Assembly: GCA_041653195.1 (NCBI GenBank)
Contig: JBAZFU010000001.1
Location: 415 to 64,414, forward strand
Source: an archaeon
GTDB taxonomy: Archaea; Iainarchaeota; Iainarchaeia; Iainarchaeales; JAAZKV01
DNA length: 64,000 nt
Direction: 5' to 3'
This document shows, in pieces, positions 26,988-35,602 of this stretch. Every line of letters begins with the position of its first letter. Within the stretch, counting starts at the first letter, position 1. The notes beneath the pieces were generated by a model, which was not told the origin of the DNA, did no database searches, and saw nothing but the letters and a program-made list of their open reading frames with translations. Both the position numbers and the translations under genes were made by a program.

Positions 26988-27629
26988 TCATTTGCATCTG
27001 AGTTCGTTCAGAAGCGTTTCATTTGTCTGGAGAGAATCAAATTTCTTGTCATTAATAACTATCGTTCCCGCTTTCGTAATATTATATTGTTTTTCAAGTA
27101 TGCTTGTAAACTTATAGTCCGGCCAATTGTACGGAAATGCAAAAACACCTGCGCCAGGGCATAATTGTTTTATTTGGTCTAGCTGATTAGCTATTGCTCC
27201 GCATTCAACATCGCACGAATTATCCTCTGCATAAAAATAAAGAATCGGCTTTATATCCAAATTACAGTCTGCAACAGCCTTCTTGACCCTGCTGTAAAGC
27301 AAAAGATTGTTTATCAAATAATTTTTTTTCGCAACAGTATATTCCTGCGAAACCATTGACTCTTTGTAACTTTTCAATCTTAGCTCAAGTTTTGACAAAG
27401 TATCGCTTATATTCGCAATATTATCTTCTATAAAATAGCAATAATAATTAGAATCAGAAGCGGATAATTCCGAATAAACTTTGTCGAGCTGGCTCTCAAA
27501 CGCAATTTGATTTAGTTCCTCGTTCACCTGGTAAAAGCGCGCATCTTCAAAAGCTTTGACGCTAAAGAAGGCAACCGAAAAAATAGCAAGTGTTGCGACA
27601 AACGCAATCAAGTAGACACTCTTACCCAT
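26988..27629 (-). CDS. Membrane-anchored extracytoplasmic protein, thioredoxin-like C-terminal region
   Basis: N-terminal TM anchor, then ILYFYAEDNSCDVECGAIANQL (CxxxC) and KAGTIVINDKKF, consistent with a Trx-like fold. Its start overlaps the upstream GT2 gene by 22 nt. Confidence 0.4.
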   Translation of the reverse strand: MGKSVYLIAFVATLAIFSVAFFSVKAFEDARFYQVNEELNQIAFESQLDKVYSELSASDSNYYCYFIEDNIANISDTLSKLELRLKSYKESMVSQEYTVAKKNYLINNLLLYSRVKKAVADCNLDIKPILYFYAEDNSCDVECGAIANQLDQIKQLCPGAGVFAFPYNWPDYKFTSILEKQYNITKAGTIVINDKKFDSLQTNETLLNELRCK

Positions 27630-28936
27630 TTCGATTTCACCCCCGCCATTTCTTTTAAATAACTCTGAAAATAAACCGTGCTAACGAAGAACGGGTAAAG
27701 TAAAATGTTTATTAATATAACCAGCCAATCAAAATTCTTTGTTTTGTAACCAATAAGCTTAAGGCTGAAATAAGTAAAAAGCAAAATAAGCAAATAAGAA
27801 AAAACAAAAAATATTGCTGTTGAAGGCACAATAATTTCTTTTACAAAAAATCCAAACGAGTTTGTCAATCCAAAAACAGTTGTCTCGATTGCAAAAAAAT
27901 TAAAAACCGTGTTTGCAAACAAAACGATTGTTCTGAAAAGAAGCAAAACCGACGATATTTCAAGTGCGAAAAGGTACGGAAGTGCGAAAAATCCCAAATC
28001 AGAATTTTTTTTGTTGAAAAATAGCGATTTGTATTTAATCAAATTAAAAATTCTGCCCCTGTACCACCTATCCCTTTGCTTGAACAATTTTTTCCAAGTA
28101 TCAGGTATATCCGTGAAAGCTTTTGCTTCAAAACAAACCATTATTTTGTAAGAATGCTTTTGAAGCCTCAACGCGATTTCCATATCCTCAGTTAAATTTC
28201 CAGGGTCATAGCCGCCGATTTCATCAAAAGCTTTTTTTCGAAACACTGTCAGAGGGCCAGGTATCATAGTCATAGAATTTATTGAAGATAATATTGTGGT
28301 CCAAAAGCCAAAGCCTATCGCATACTCAAAAAATTGAAGCCTTTGAATCAGAGACTGAACCTTATCCGGCAGAATCAATCCGGTCACTGCGCCAACCCGC
28401 GCATCCTCAAAATAACCCATTGTTTTTAGCAAAACGTCGTTCTCCGGATAGGTGTCAGAGTCTATGCAGGCAACAAAATCGGTTTTAACAAATTCCAATC
28501 CCTTGTTTAGCGCGATTGCTTTCCCTGAATTTTTTTTCAATTTTATAAGTTTAATCCCTTTTAATTTTTCCAAATATTCTCTGGAACCATCGGTGCTGCC
28601 GTCATCAACAACAATTATTTCAATTTTTTTCGGATATTTTATTTTTTTTATTGCCGCCATGCATTTTCCAATAGTTTTTATAGAATTATAAACCGGGACA
28701 ATTATTGAAACCGAAGGATATTTTTTAATCAGCTTAGCTTTGCCGTAATCCCCTCTTTCCAAATAAAGAAGCAGGAACAAAATGAGCACGAATAAAAGAA
28801 AAAAATTAACAAAAACAATCGTATAAAAAAACGGCAAAAAAAAGCTGAATATTAAAAGCCCGACAGACACTGCGCTTAGGAAAAAAAGTATCGCTTTTTC
28901 TAACATATTTAGGGAACTCATTTCCATTTCCATCAA
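27608..28936 (-). CDS. Membrane-integrated processive family-2 glycosyltransferase (chitin/PNAG/cellulose-synthase-like)
   Basis: VSIIVPVYNS, VVDDGSTDGS, IDSDT, LTEDMEIALR and the processivity signature QRDRWYRG (QxxRW). It has 2 N-terminal and ~4 C-terminal TM helices. Confidence 0.8.
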   Translation of the reverse strand: MMEMEMSSLNMLEKAILFFLSAVSVGLLIFSFFLPFFYTIVFVNFFLLFVLILFLLLYLERGDYGKAKLIKKYPSVSIIVPVYNSIKTIGKCMAAIKKIKYPKKIEIIVVDDGSTDGSREYLEKLKGIKLIKLKKNSGKAIALNKGLEFVKTDFVACIDSDTYPENDVLLKTMGYFEDARVGAVTGLILPDKVQSLIQRLQFFEYAIGFGFWTTILSSINSMTMIPGPLTVFRKKAFDEIGGYDPGNLTEDMEIALRLQKHSYKIMVCFEAKAFTDIPDTWKKLFKQRDRWYRGRIFNLIKYKSLFFNKKNSDLGFFALPYLFALEISSVLLLFRTIVLFANTVFNFFAIETTVFGLTNSFGFFVKEIIVPSTAIFFVFSYLLILLFTYFSLKLIGYKTKNFDWLVILINILLYPFFVSTVYFQSYLKEMAGVKSKWVRVST

Positions 28937-29002
28937 CTTACCTTTGCAACAAAACCTTTAAATAAAAATAAAAATATTCTTACTAAAATAATTGGAAAAA
29001 AA

Positions 29003-29659
29003 TCAGCTTACTTGCCCGATAATATCATTTATTTTTTTTATTATTTCAGCAGCATCAGGATAGATTTGCTCGATTATTTTCAGGTTAAGGCTGCTGACTG
29101 TTTGGCTGTTAGAATAAAATATCTGCATTTTTCCCTTTGAAAGAATAACCTTGTCTTCCCCGCTTTTATCTATTAACACCTTCATTTTTCCGCCATCGGA
29201 AAGGATTTCATTGCATTCTTGCGTGCTTATCTGCACGCTTTTGTTGGTGTCTCCCCAATTAGTGTGGCAATAAAGCAGCTGCCCTTCCTGACTGCTTCCC
29301 GTCCCACCATAAACGCGAACCAGTTGTATTGCACTTTGTCCCTTTGAAATCAAAACTACTTGCCAAATGTTCATAGAATTCACGACCAGTTGATCAGTTT
29401 TACCTTCGATTACCTCGGGCGAAACATACACTTCATTAACATCTTTAAATGCGCTAAAAAATTCCGAAGGAGAGTATTCATTGGAATAATACTGCACACC
29501 ACTCCTTTGAAAAGAAAACTTATAAGACGTTAATATTCCAGATTGCAAAACTAAAAAAAGAACCGCCAATACAACAATTGCGCTTGCAACAAGAATCAAT
29601 TTTTTGTTGTTCTTTTTTGCTGATTTTTTTGAAACTTTTTTTTCCGAAACCTTTTCCAT
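29003..29659 (-). CDS. Membrane-anchored extracytoplasmic protein, function unknown
   Basis: K-rich N-terminus, one TM helix and a ~170-aa soluble domain with 2 Cys. Confidence 0.45.
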   Translation of the reverse strand: MEKVSEKKVSKKSAKKNNKKLILVASAIVVLAVLFLVLQSGILTSYKFSFQRSGVQYYSNEYSPSEFFSAFKDVNEVYVSPEVIEGKTDQLVVNSMNIWQVVLISKGQSAIQLVRVYGGTGSSQEGQLLYCHTNWGDTNKSVQISTQECNEILSDGGKMKVLIDKSGEDKVILSKGKMQIFYSNSQTVSSLNLKIIEQIYPDAAEIIKKINDIIGQVS

Positions 29660-29765
29660 AGATAATTATTTGAGTAACAAAGGAATAAAAAAGAAACTAA
29701 TTAGCCCGGCGAAGGCAATGCTCAAAAAAAACAAGGCTTCCGCGAGCACACAAAAAAAATCAAAT

Positions 29766-29803
29766 TAAAAAAAAGAAAAAAATGGGGAGTTAATCCCCAT
29801 TTT
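29766..29803 (-). terminator. Hairpin plus T-run terminator downstream of the S-layer-like gene
   Basis: On the minus strand: AAAAAUGGGGA-UUAAC-UCCCCAUUUUUUUCUUUUUUUU, beginning 11 nt after the stop codon. Confidence 0.5.
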
Positions 29804-29813
29804 TATCAAACAG

Positions 29814-32519
29814 TTATTCGTTCAATATATTTTCAAGCTGTGAAATCAACGCTTGAGCAGCTGAAGCTGTGTCGTCAGCAGTGTATCCGGCAACGATTAT
29901 ATCGCCAGTAACTTCTGAAACGTAGGAAACCTTGTCTCCTGAGCTTACAAGCAAGTCTGATAGACTCTGGCCGTCAACTACCGCACTTGCAGCAGCAGAG
30001 TTAACCATTTGTCCTCCGACTATGATTGATTTAGTCGCTGAACTCTTAGCGTCTGTTACAACCAGTTGTCCTGTTATAGGGCTGATTATTACAGCAGTTC
30101 CGCCAGCACCGCAGCTTCCTGCGATTGCGTCAACGGTTACTGTTACACCATCTTTTGTCTGAGTTGACTGATCAGCCAAATCAGTGAATGATGTTCCACC
30201 GCTCTGAGTAGTCTGAACCGAGTTACTCTCAACAGAGAAGTATGACTTCATCTGTCTATCCGGTATTGTTACCGTTAACTCTCTACCGTCAAGCACTAAC
30301 TTCGTACCGTAGTCCGAATATGCTTTCTTGTAGTTAGCTGAGCTTTCTCCAGGATTACCAAGATACTCGCTTAGAGTTGTTAAGTTCTGGTTTGCACCAT
30401 AGTACTCAACAGCAGTTGTCTGACCGTTATAGTTCAATTTAGCTATATTGGCAGTATCAACTGTTCCTGAGTTTCCACCTTCAGTATCTACGTAGACTAA
30501 ACCGCTAGCAGCCGTTGTAGCAACTTGCCAAGTGGCCTGTACACCTTCAGTGAATTCGAAGACAGCAGTCCTGTATATTCCTGTTGAGGAACCTGACTGC
30601 ACTCCGTTGAAGTCGTACATGTCTGGAAGATAGTATGGAACACCTGTTACGCTTGGTCCTTTTAGATCAGAGTTATAGTCTCCAACCCAAGACATGTTAG
30701 TATTGGCGTCGTTCAAAGCAGTTCCAAGGAAGAACAGCGAGCCAGCACTATACTGAAGATCGTCTATTTTTCCTGTAGATGCTACTGCGTCCGCCGAGTC
30801 CTTTCCTTGAAGAACCAAGAACACACCGTTGTTTGTTCCTCTCTTTGCGAGGTACTTGTATGTCTTTTCGTTCTTACCAGTCAAGGTAATTGGCGTATCG
30901 TAGTTAACGTCCGCACCACTTATCACGATGTTCTGGTCGGAGGCGTTAAGGCTCGGATTGAAGCCGTTAAGCAAGTTCGTGTCCAACGAGTTTATCCTTA
31001 TTAGTAAATCAGTTGGTGAGGTTGTACCGTTAGTTGCGTAAGCAACGTCGATTCCCTCGAACTTGAACGTCTGTCCAGAATTCGTTCCGCTTGTAGAGTT
31101 CAATGAGATTGCCATTGGTATGCTGTGCGCTTGTCCTGAAACATCAGTGTAGTTTATTGCACCGTAGCTTATAGCCGTTGTTTCAGAAGCAACACTGGTT
31201 CCCTTTTTGTAAGAAACCCCTGTTTTCTGTGCGCCAACATCGTAGAATCCTTTGAACTTTACTGATCCGATTGAGTCAAGGCCTGTTCCTTCAAACAAGT
31301 TGAAAGAAGTTGCTTTCTCTGTCGGATAGAATGAATACTCTTCTGAATACAGCGGAGTATCGTTGTTCTTGTAGTACGTGTTGTTTTTCAAAGTTATCCC
31401 TGTCAAAGTTGAGCCGCTTGTGTTGATTGTTGCAACCCATGGCATGCTTGAACCAGTACTGTTAGGGTCATATGGTACTTCCCTTCCGTTCCTGATTTCA
31501 ACTCTGTCAGTTCCAACAAGTGCAGTGAAATTGAATACCGTACTATCAGCCGAAGTTGTAGTACCTATAGTTTTCAATCTTACCTTTGTTGAAAGGATTT
31601 CCTGACCCTGATTGTTTCTGAAAACAATATCAGAGTTTGCATTGAATGATTGCTCTTGCAATTTAATGCCATTTGCATCATCCAATTCTATTGTAGCCAC
31701 ATTCGCAGATCCTGTGTTGTATCCGCCAGTGAACTTCAAAGAATACATTAATCCGTCTCTTCCCTGCACGTTTGATATTACGTCTCCTGCTTTGTAGAGT
31801 TGTTCAGCATTATCTGAAACCAAAACTACTGAAGAAGCAGTAGCACTATCAATAACGTAGCTTTTTCCCATGAAAGAAACCGGAATGTAATCTCCTGTTC
31901 CGTTATCCTGGAAATTTAGTGTTATCCCAGGGTTTATTGTCATTACGTAGTTTACATCGTTAGGATCAACGTCTGCAACCAAATCTTTTACATTTTGGCT
32001 CGTTACATTCATCCTTGCATCCAATGTAACACCAACAGTTTCCAATACATTTATACTGAAAGTACTGTTACCGTCTCTTGTAGCATTTTTAGTAGTGTTT
32101 GCAAATGATTTGAAGTAAGTATTTCCGATTGATTCGGTATACTCTGCAGTACCTATTGTACTGTTCAAATTTGCATTTGACAATTCTCTTGCGCCACCAG
32201 AAACTACTGATGTTCCGCCAACAGTTACACTTACTGATTTACCTGCCGCTTCGCCGCTTGCGCAGCTACCGTCAGTTGTTGCCAATTGAGCAACTCTTGC
32301 AGCGATGTTTCCTGCCCACACTACGTCCGAAGCCGCAGCGTTTACTCCTACCACAACATCAACCACTGGAGCACCAGCAGTGCTGATAATATCGCCCTTT
32401 ACTATAGAGCTAACATTATCCTTTACAGTTGCAGCAGAAACTACAGGAGCCAATGCTGATCCAACTAATGCTGCGCCTAAACCTATTGCAGCAAGTCTTT
32501 TCATACTAAATCCTTTCAT
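29814..32519 (-). CDS. S-layer-like surface glycoprotein
   Basis: Signal peptide MKGFSMKRLAAIGLGAALVGSALAPVVSA. 901 aa rich in T/S/N/G/V/A, poor in K/E and carrying many N-x-S/T sequons. AGGTGA lies 6 nt upstream of the ATG. Codon usage favours T-ending codons, unlike neighbouring genes. Confidence 0.6.
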   Translation of the reverse strand: MKGFSMKRLAAIGLGAALVGSALAPVVSAATVKDNVSSIVKGDIISTAGAPVVDVVVGVNAAASDVVWAGNIAARVAQLATTDGSCASGEAAGKSVSVTVGGTSVVSGGARELSNANLNSTIGTAEYTESIGNTYFKSFANTTKNATRDGNSTFSINVLETVGVTLDARMNVTSQNVKDLVADVDPNDVNYVMTINPGITLNFQDNGTGDYIPVSFMGKSYVIDSATASSVVLVSDNAEQLYKAGDVISNVQGRDGLMYSLKFTGGYNTGSANVATIELDDANGIKLQEQSFNANSDIVFRNNQGQEILSTKVRLKTIGTTTSADSTVFNFTALVGTDRVEIRNGREVPYDPNSTGSSMPWVATINTSGSTLTGITLKNNTYYKNNDTPLYSEEYSFYPTEKATSFNLFEGTGLDSIGSVKFKGFYDVGAQKTGVSYKKGTSVASETTAISYGAINYTDVSGQAHSIPMAISLNSTSGTNSGQTFKFEGIDVAYATNGTTSPTDLLIRINSLDTNLLNGFNPSLNASDQNIVISGADVNYDTPITLTGKNEKTYKYLAKRGTNNGVFLVLQGKDSADAVASTGKIDDLQYSAGSLFFLGTALNDANTNMSWVGDYNSDLKGPSVTGVPYYLPDMYDFNGVQSGSSTGIYRTAVFEFTEGVQATWQVATTAASGLVYVDTEGGNSGTVDTANIAKLNYNGQTTAVEYYGANQNLTTLSEYLGNPGESSANYKKAYSDYGTKLVLDGRELTVTIPDRQMKSYFSVESNSVQTTQSGGTSFTDLADQSTQTKDGVTVTVDAIAGSCGAGGTAVIISPITGQLVVTDAKSSATKSIIVGGQMVNSAAASAVVDGQSLSDLLVSSGDKVSYVSEVTGDIIVAGYTADDTASAAQALISQLENILNE

Positions 32520-32651
32520 TTTGCTTCACCTCTTGTATATACAATACAAAGAATATAATCCACTCGCCACCGCCCGCGTTAAATCAAAATCTTTATGATT
32601 AAGATTTCGAGGCAGCAACTATTGGATTCGAATGTAATAGCTGTCCTTCTC

Positions 32652-32667
32652 TTTATATATGTTTCGA
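32652..32667 (-). promoter_or_regulatory. Candidate BRE/TATA for the S-layer-like gene
   Basis: The minus strand reads cgaaac-atatataaag about 135 nt upstream of the ATG, implying a ~100-nt leader. There is no transcript evidence. Confidence 0.3.
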
Positions 32668-32855
32668 TTTGAACGGAGGCTTAAAAATGCCCCGTTTCAA
32701 AAATAAGGCAAAATTTACCCTTTTCGTAGAACTCCTATTCGTCAATCGTCAAACTTATTTTGTGGTGCAAACGTCAAAAAATGAACTTGTTTTTTGAGCA
32801 AAAAATTTTAATTTTTTACACACCTGTTCGGAAGGCAATTACTTTGTCGCCCCAG

Positions 32856-33488
32856 TTAATCATACATCTTGTTATGAAACTTCCTTAATTCATCATCAGT
32901 CATTTTTGAGAGGAAATATTTCGAATAATTCTGAAAAATCATTGCTAACTCAACCAAACCCTCTTGGAACTCATATTGTGAAAGAGTCAACTTATCAGGC
33001 TTTAAAACCTCTACTGAAGAAGCCCCATAATAGAAAAGAAGCCTCACAGCGGAGGAAAAGTTCTTCACAGAAAGGTCAACTTCTATAAAAGAAGAGTACA
33101 TCTCACCCTCTTTTGCCGGTTTAGCCCTGTGTATTCCATATATCGTGAACAATTTCTCTTTTTTGAGCGCCTCAACAACCTTATCTGTGTGCTTCTTAAG
33201 AAGGCCTTTTTCTATCGCCTGCAGGTCAATTATCACTCTCAGGCGTATCCTAAAAGAATCTACTTCAACAATCGCCCTCCGCCTCAAAACCTCATCAACA
33301 ATCTCCTGTTTTAATACATAACAATTTTCTTTGTTTTTTGAAACCAACTTCAATTTGAGCATTCTTACAATTACCTCATCAAAGGCTTCCTTTGAAATGC
33401 CCAATTTCTTTTGAAGCTCTTCACGGCCCCTTGGCCCACTTAACAACAAATTAGCAATTTTTTTCTGCTCTTCCGGAACATTAACCAT
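32856..33488 (-). CDS. wHTH-domain protein fused to an uncharacterised alpha/beta domain
   Basis: The N-terminal IANLLLSGPRGREELQKKLGISKEAFDEVIVRMLKLKLV looks like a winged helix. I do not recognise the remaining ~130 aa. Confidence 0.5.
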   Translation of the reverse strand: MVNVPEEQKKIANLLLSGPRGREELQKKLGISKEAFDEVIVRMLKLKLVSKNKENCYVLKQEIVDEVLRRRAIVEVDSFRIRLRVIIDLQAIEKGLLKKHTDKVVEALKKEKLFTIYGIHRAKPAKEGEMYSSFIEVDLSVKNFSSAVRLLFYYGASSVEVLKPDKLTLSQYEFQEGLVELAMIFQNYSKYFLSKMTDDELRKFHNKMYD

Positions 33489-33653
33489 AAAAAAACCTTA
33501 ACACTTGCTCAATTCAATTCCCGATTCCATTAATGCAATTCAAAAATGTTTAAAAAACAGTCCGCGCCCGAAAAAACCTTTTCATAGAAGGCCTGCAAAA
33601 CATTCCGCCCAAAAGGTAATTATTAAAACACGATTCACAAGAATAATGCTTAT

Positions 33654-34010
33654 ATGTTTCCAGACGCACTCGCGATTTTCTCGACGCCATTTTTTCTTGA
33701 TTTTGCCGATGCGATAAAATGGGCGAACCCGATTGAAACGACACAGAGTGTGCAACAAACCGCCGCCATTTTCAACAATCCGCTGGCGCTCATTGGAATC
33801 GGAATAATTCTAATAATTGCAACAGTTATTGTTTTATTTCTGATGAAAAAAATCATAATCAACACCGTGCTCGGACTTATTCTTTGGGGAATAGTGACCT
33901 TCGTTTTCAACGCGAATCTGCCTTTCCTTCCAAGCCTTGTAATTGCTGCAATTTTCGGGCCCGCAGGAATCGGCGCGATGCTACTGCTCAAACTATTCGG
34001 ATTATTCTAA
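33654..34010 (+). CDS. Small 3-TM membrane protein (BofA-like?)
   Basis: The ending INTVLGLILWGIV...AAIFGPAGIGAMLLLKLFG resembles the BofA-family pattern. The call is weak. Confidence 0.4.
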   Translation: MFPDALAIFSTPFFLDFADAIKWANPIETTQSVQQTAAIFNNPLALIGIGIILIIATVIVLFLMKKIIINTVLGLILWGIVTFVFNANLPFLPSLVIAAIFGPAGIGAMLLLKLFGLF

Positions 34011-34082
34011 AAAAAATTTCTGCAAAAAAATCATTTTGAAAAATTTGTTTAACGAATACTTTTAGAAAAGTGATTTAAAAAA

Positions 34083-34706
34083 ATGGAACTAAACGAAAGC
34101 AAAAAACTAAAAGAAACAAGAGAACAACTCCTCGAACAGGCAAGAAACCATCCACTTTACAAAAATGTTTCCACAACCAACGGAAACATTGTTTTTGGAA
34201 GAGGAAGCGACGAGGCAAAAATTCTTTTTATCGGAGAAGCACCGGGTTTTAGTGAAAACGCGCAGGGAAAACCTTTTGTCGGAAGAAGCGGAAAACTGCT
34301 GAACGGATGGATAAGCGAACTTGGACTCACGGAAAACGATTATGCAATAATGAATGTCGTTCCCATAATCCCCCTCACCAGCGATGGAAAAATCAGGCCG
34401 CCGACACAGGACGAAATCGATTACTTCCTCCCGCTCACAAAAAAAATGATGGAAAAAATTGCGCCGAAAATAATTGTTCCTTTGGGAAGAAGCGCAGGAA
34501 GCATCTTCAGCAAATCTCTTACACTCGGCGAGGTGAAGCGCTATGATAACTACAAATTATTTTTCATTTACCATCCCGCATACTACCTGCGCAACGGCGC
34601 CGACGGCATCAAAGATTTGCGAAACCTAAAAAAAATTTTAAAAGAAAGCGAAACCGAAGAAAATTCAAAAATCCAAACAACCTTGAGAAAATTCAACACA
34701 CCCTAA
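34083..34706 (+). CDS. udg: Uracil-DNA glycosylase, family 4/5-like
   Basis: Motif A GEAPGFSENAQGKPFVGRSGKLL and motif B HPAYYLR. Confidence 0.8.
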   Translation: MELNESKKLKETREQLLEQARNHPLYKNVSTTNGNIVFGRGSDEAKILFIGEAPGFSENAQGKPFVGRSGKLLNGWISELGLTENDYAIMNVVPIIPLTSDGKIRPPTQDEIDYFLPLTKKMMEKIAPKIIVPLGRSAGSIFSKSLTLGEVKRYDNYKLFFIYHPAYYLRNGADGIKDLRNLKKILKESETEENSKIQTTLRKFNTP

Positions 34707-35479
34707 CGCACATAGGTGAGACCGCAGGAAGGCTTATCTTCTTCAAGATTTTCCAGCTGCTTGTTCAACTCGGTAAACGCCTTTTCAATATTCTTAGTTT
34801 CTTTTTCAATCGAATGCATATTCAGTTTGAAGCCGAAACGTTTCGAAAGAATTTCCAAAACGCTTTTTGCACTGCCATGGTCGCCGTAAACAAGCTGCGC
34901 ATTAGTTTCACCCATCAGGCACGCGCCCTCAATCCCATGAAGCTTTCCTATTCCCGCAATAAGCCCTGCAGCACCGGAAATAAGCCCTTCTTTTTTGTCT
35001 TCCTTCGCGCCGACTTTCTTCCACACAGAAAGAATCTTGTCATCAGTGCCCGCAACAATTACCTGCGGTTTAGTGCTCATTCTCGCGCCCCCGACATTAA
35101 CACCTGCAAGAGTCACAATTTCCTTGACACCGATCGATTTGAAAAAATTCACCAAAGTTTCAGCAAATTCGTAATGCTCGTGAGAAGAACCGACTTTAAA
35201 ATCAAGCGCAGGTTGAACGGGGCCTGCAAGAAACAAAAAATCCTTTTTCTTGTATTTAAAATGAAACAAATCGTTCTTAATCAAAAAAATTTTCGAATCC
35301 TTGGTATGAATACTCGGCGGAAAAGAATCCGAAAGCACCTCTGCAATTTTATCGGTTTTAAACTGCTTAAGCAGATAATCAACAGCAATTTTTCCAACCA
35401 GCCCTATTCCCGGCAGGCCAACCAAAAGCGTCGCATTGGGAAAAGAAACTTTTTTCAAAACAAGAATTCTAGTGGGCAT
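34703..35479 (-). CDS. PAC2-family proteasome assembly chaperone-like protein
   Basis: LLVGLPGIGLVGKIAVDYLL N-terminal signature. The likely start is ATG 35479. Confidence 0.7.
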   Translation of the reverse strand: MPTRILVLKKVSFPNATLLVGLPGIGLVGKIAVDYLLKQFKTDKIAEVLSDSFPPSIHTKDSKIFLIKNDLFHFKYKKKDFLFLAGPVQPALDFKVGSSHEHYEFAETLVNFFKSIGVKEIVTLAGVNVGGARMSTKPQVIVAGTDDKILSVWKKVGAKEDKKEGLISGAAGLIAGIGKLHGIEGACLMGETNAQLVYGDHGSAKSVLEILSKRFGFKLNMHSIEKETKNIEKAFTELNKQLENLEEDKPSCGLTYVR

Positions 35480-35602
35480 AAAACAAACCGCCGCAAAAGG
35501 CAAGCTACAAACTAAAATTGCAGGAAAAGGAATTTAAAACAACGCATTAAAAACAAAAAAATGCTTTTCCAAAAAAACGCTAAATGAATCGCAACAAAAA
35601 AA

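Noticed and set aside
29814-32519. Horizontal transfer of the S-layer-like gene, suggested by its atypical composition
   Set aside because: The deviation is explained by its amino-acid content (T/S/N/G-rich, K/E-poor) and by the translationally optimal T-ending codons expected for a very highly expressed gene. The flanks show no integrase, tRNA-target or repeat boundaries.
32624-32633. ggattcgaat resembling a tRNA T-loop in the S-layer upstream spacer
   Set aside because: The flanking bases cannot form a T-stem or an acceptor stem, so no cloverleaf can be drawn on either strand.
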